A stretch of DNA of 64,000 nt from a virus. The position numbers were made by a program, and so were the translations under genes. Every line of letters starts with the position of its first letter. Position 1 is the stretch's first letter. Positions 63,259 through 64,000 of this stretch are shown here, piece by piece. A model generated the notes under the pieces. That model saw only the letters and a list, made by a program, of their open reading frames with translations, did no database searches and had not been told where the DNA came from. Location: the IMG/VR virus record IMGVR_UViG_3300036770_005084, positions 64,001 through 128,000 of that record, one strand, 5' to 3'.

Positions 63259-64000
63259 ATGGCTTCACAAGATACTTTTTTCAAAGTTAAAACTGGTTTA
63301 GGTGTAGGTACAAATACTTTATATGCTGACGCACAAACTCAAAGAGTTAGTATTGGTGATACAGTAGGTTTATATACCCTTGATGTTTATGGAGATTCTT
63401 ATTATAATGATAATTTATATGTAGATAATAGGGTTGGTGTTGGAACTACTGTTCCACATCAACAATTAGATGTTAGGGGTGTAGGTATATTTTCTGGTGT
63501 TGGAGTAGGAGTAACTGAACCTAAGCAAAGATTTCAAGTAAATGGGCAAGATCCATTTAACCCAGGAGACAGACCAGTAGTAATTACTGGATTTGGTTCA
63601 TTAGGAATAAACCGATTAAATCCAGTACATCCATTTGATTTTGTAGGTTATGGAAATAGTGATTCAGTTGTTATTACTGGTCTTGCCTCTGTCGGAATTA
63701 GAACTTATAGTCCATTACATCCAGTCCACATCGTTGGAATTTCAACAGATGATACTACAGATGTAGTTATAGATTTATCTGGATATGTTGGAATCAATAC
63801 TTTATTTCCACAATTTGGATTAGATGTATTCAATAGAGATGTAAGAATATTAGGTTTTGCTACAATTACTAGAGAATCTGTAGGAATATCTACAATTGGA
63901 GTTGCATATATTGGTATTGCTTCAATTGGATTTGAGAATGTAGGAGTATCAACTATTGGTATTGCTTCAATTGGGTTTGAAAATGTAGGTGTTTCTACAA
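63259..64000 (+). CDS. Tail fibre protein (3'-truncated)
   Basis: MASQDTFFKVKTGLGVG...; VGVGTTVP..LDV type repeats; open to window end; ATAAATA upstream. Confidence 0.75.
   Translation, partial: MASQDTFFKVKTGLGVGTNTLYADAQTQRVSIGDTVGLYTLDVYGDSYYNDNLYVDNRVGVGTTVPHQQLDVRGVGIFSGVGVGVTEPKQRFQVNGQDPFNPGDRPVVITGFGSLGINRLNPVHPFDFVGYGNSDSVVITGLASVGIRTYSPLHPVHIVGISTDDTTDVVIDLSGYVGINTLFPQFGLDVFNRDVRILGFATITRESVGISTIGVAYIGIASIGFENVGVSTIGIASIGFENVGVST
63872..64000 (+). repeat. 15-aa-period repeat (ENVGVSTIGIASIGF) in tail fibre
   Basis: attggtattgcttcaattgg.tttga.aatgtagg repeated with 45-nt period. Confidence 0.75.

Overview
A 64-kb, AT-rich segment of a T4-like cyanophage (myovirus, probably freshwater Synechococcus/Cyanobium-type). 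It covers replication and recombination genes (uvsX, gp41 helicase, mazG, gp61 primase, nrdA/nrdB, thyX, phoH, gp33, gp59, gp32), three tRNAs (Gly-UCC, CAU, Ile-UAU), an SLH-domain outer-membrane protein and RlpA. It also holds two large glycan-modification clusters, hli and psbA photosynthesis genes, speD, a glutamine (glnA-type) riboswitch with small downstream ORFs, and a baseplate/tail module (gp53, gp48, gp2, gp4, gp26, gp5-like genes, long fibre genes). Two recoding/splicing systems stand out. (1) The gp41 helicase is fractured inside its Walker A motif by an atypically split intein: a 14-aa IntN and a 125-aa IntC. The halves are separated by a HExxH metalloprotease-like gene and an antisense HNH endonuclease with face-to-face promoters. 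(2) The lysis locus appears to use a programmed -1 ribosomal frameshift (A AAA AAG heptamer, upstream SD-like sequence, downstream hairpin/pseudoknot) to fuse a C39-like peptidase to a GH24 lysozyme that has no usable start codon of its own. Several terminator hairpins carry a promoter in their loop. All functional calls come from motif recognition by eye; no database searches were run.
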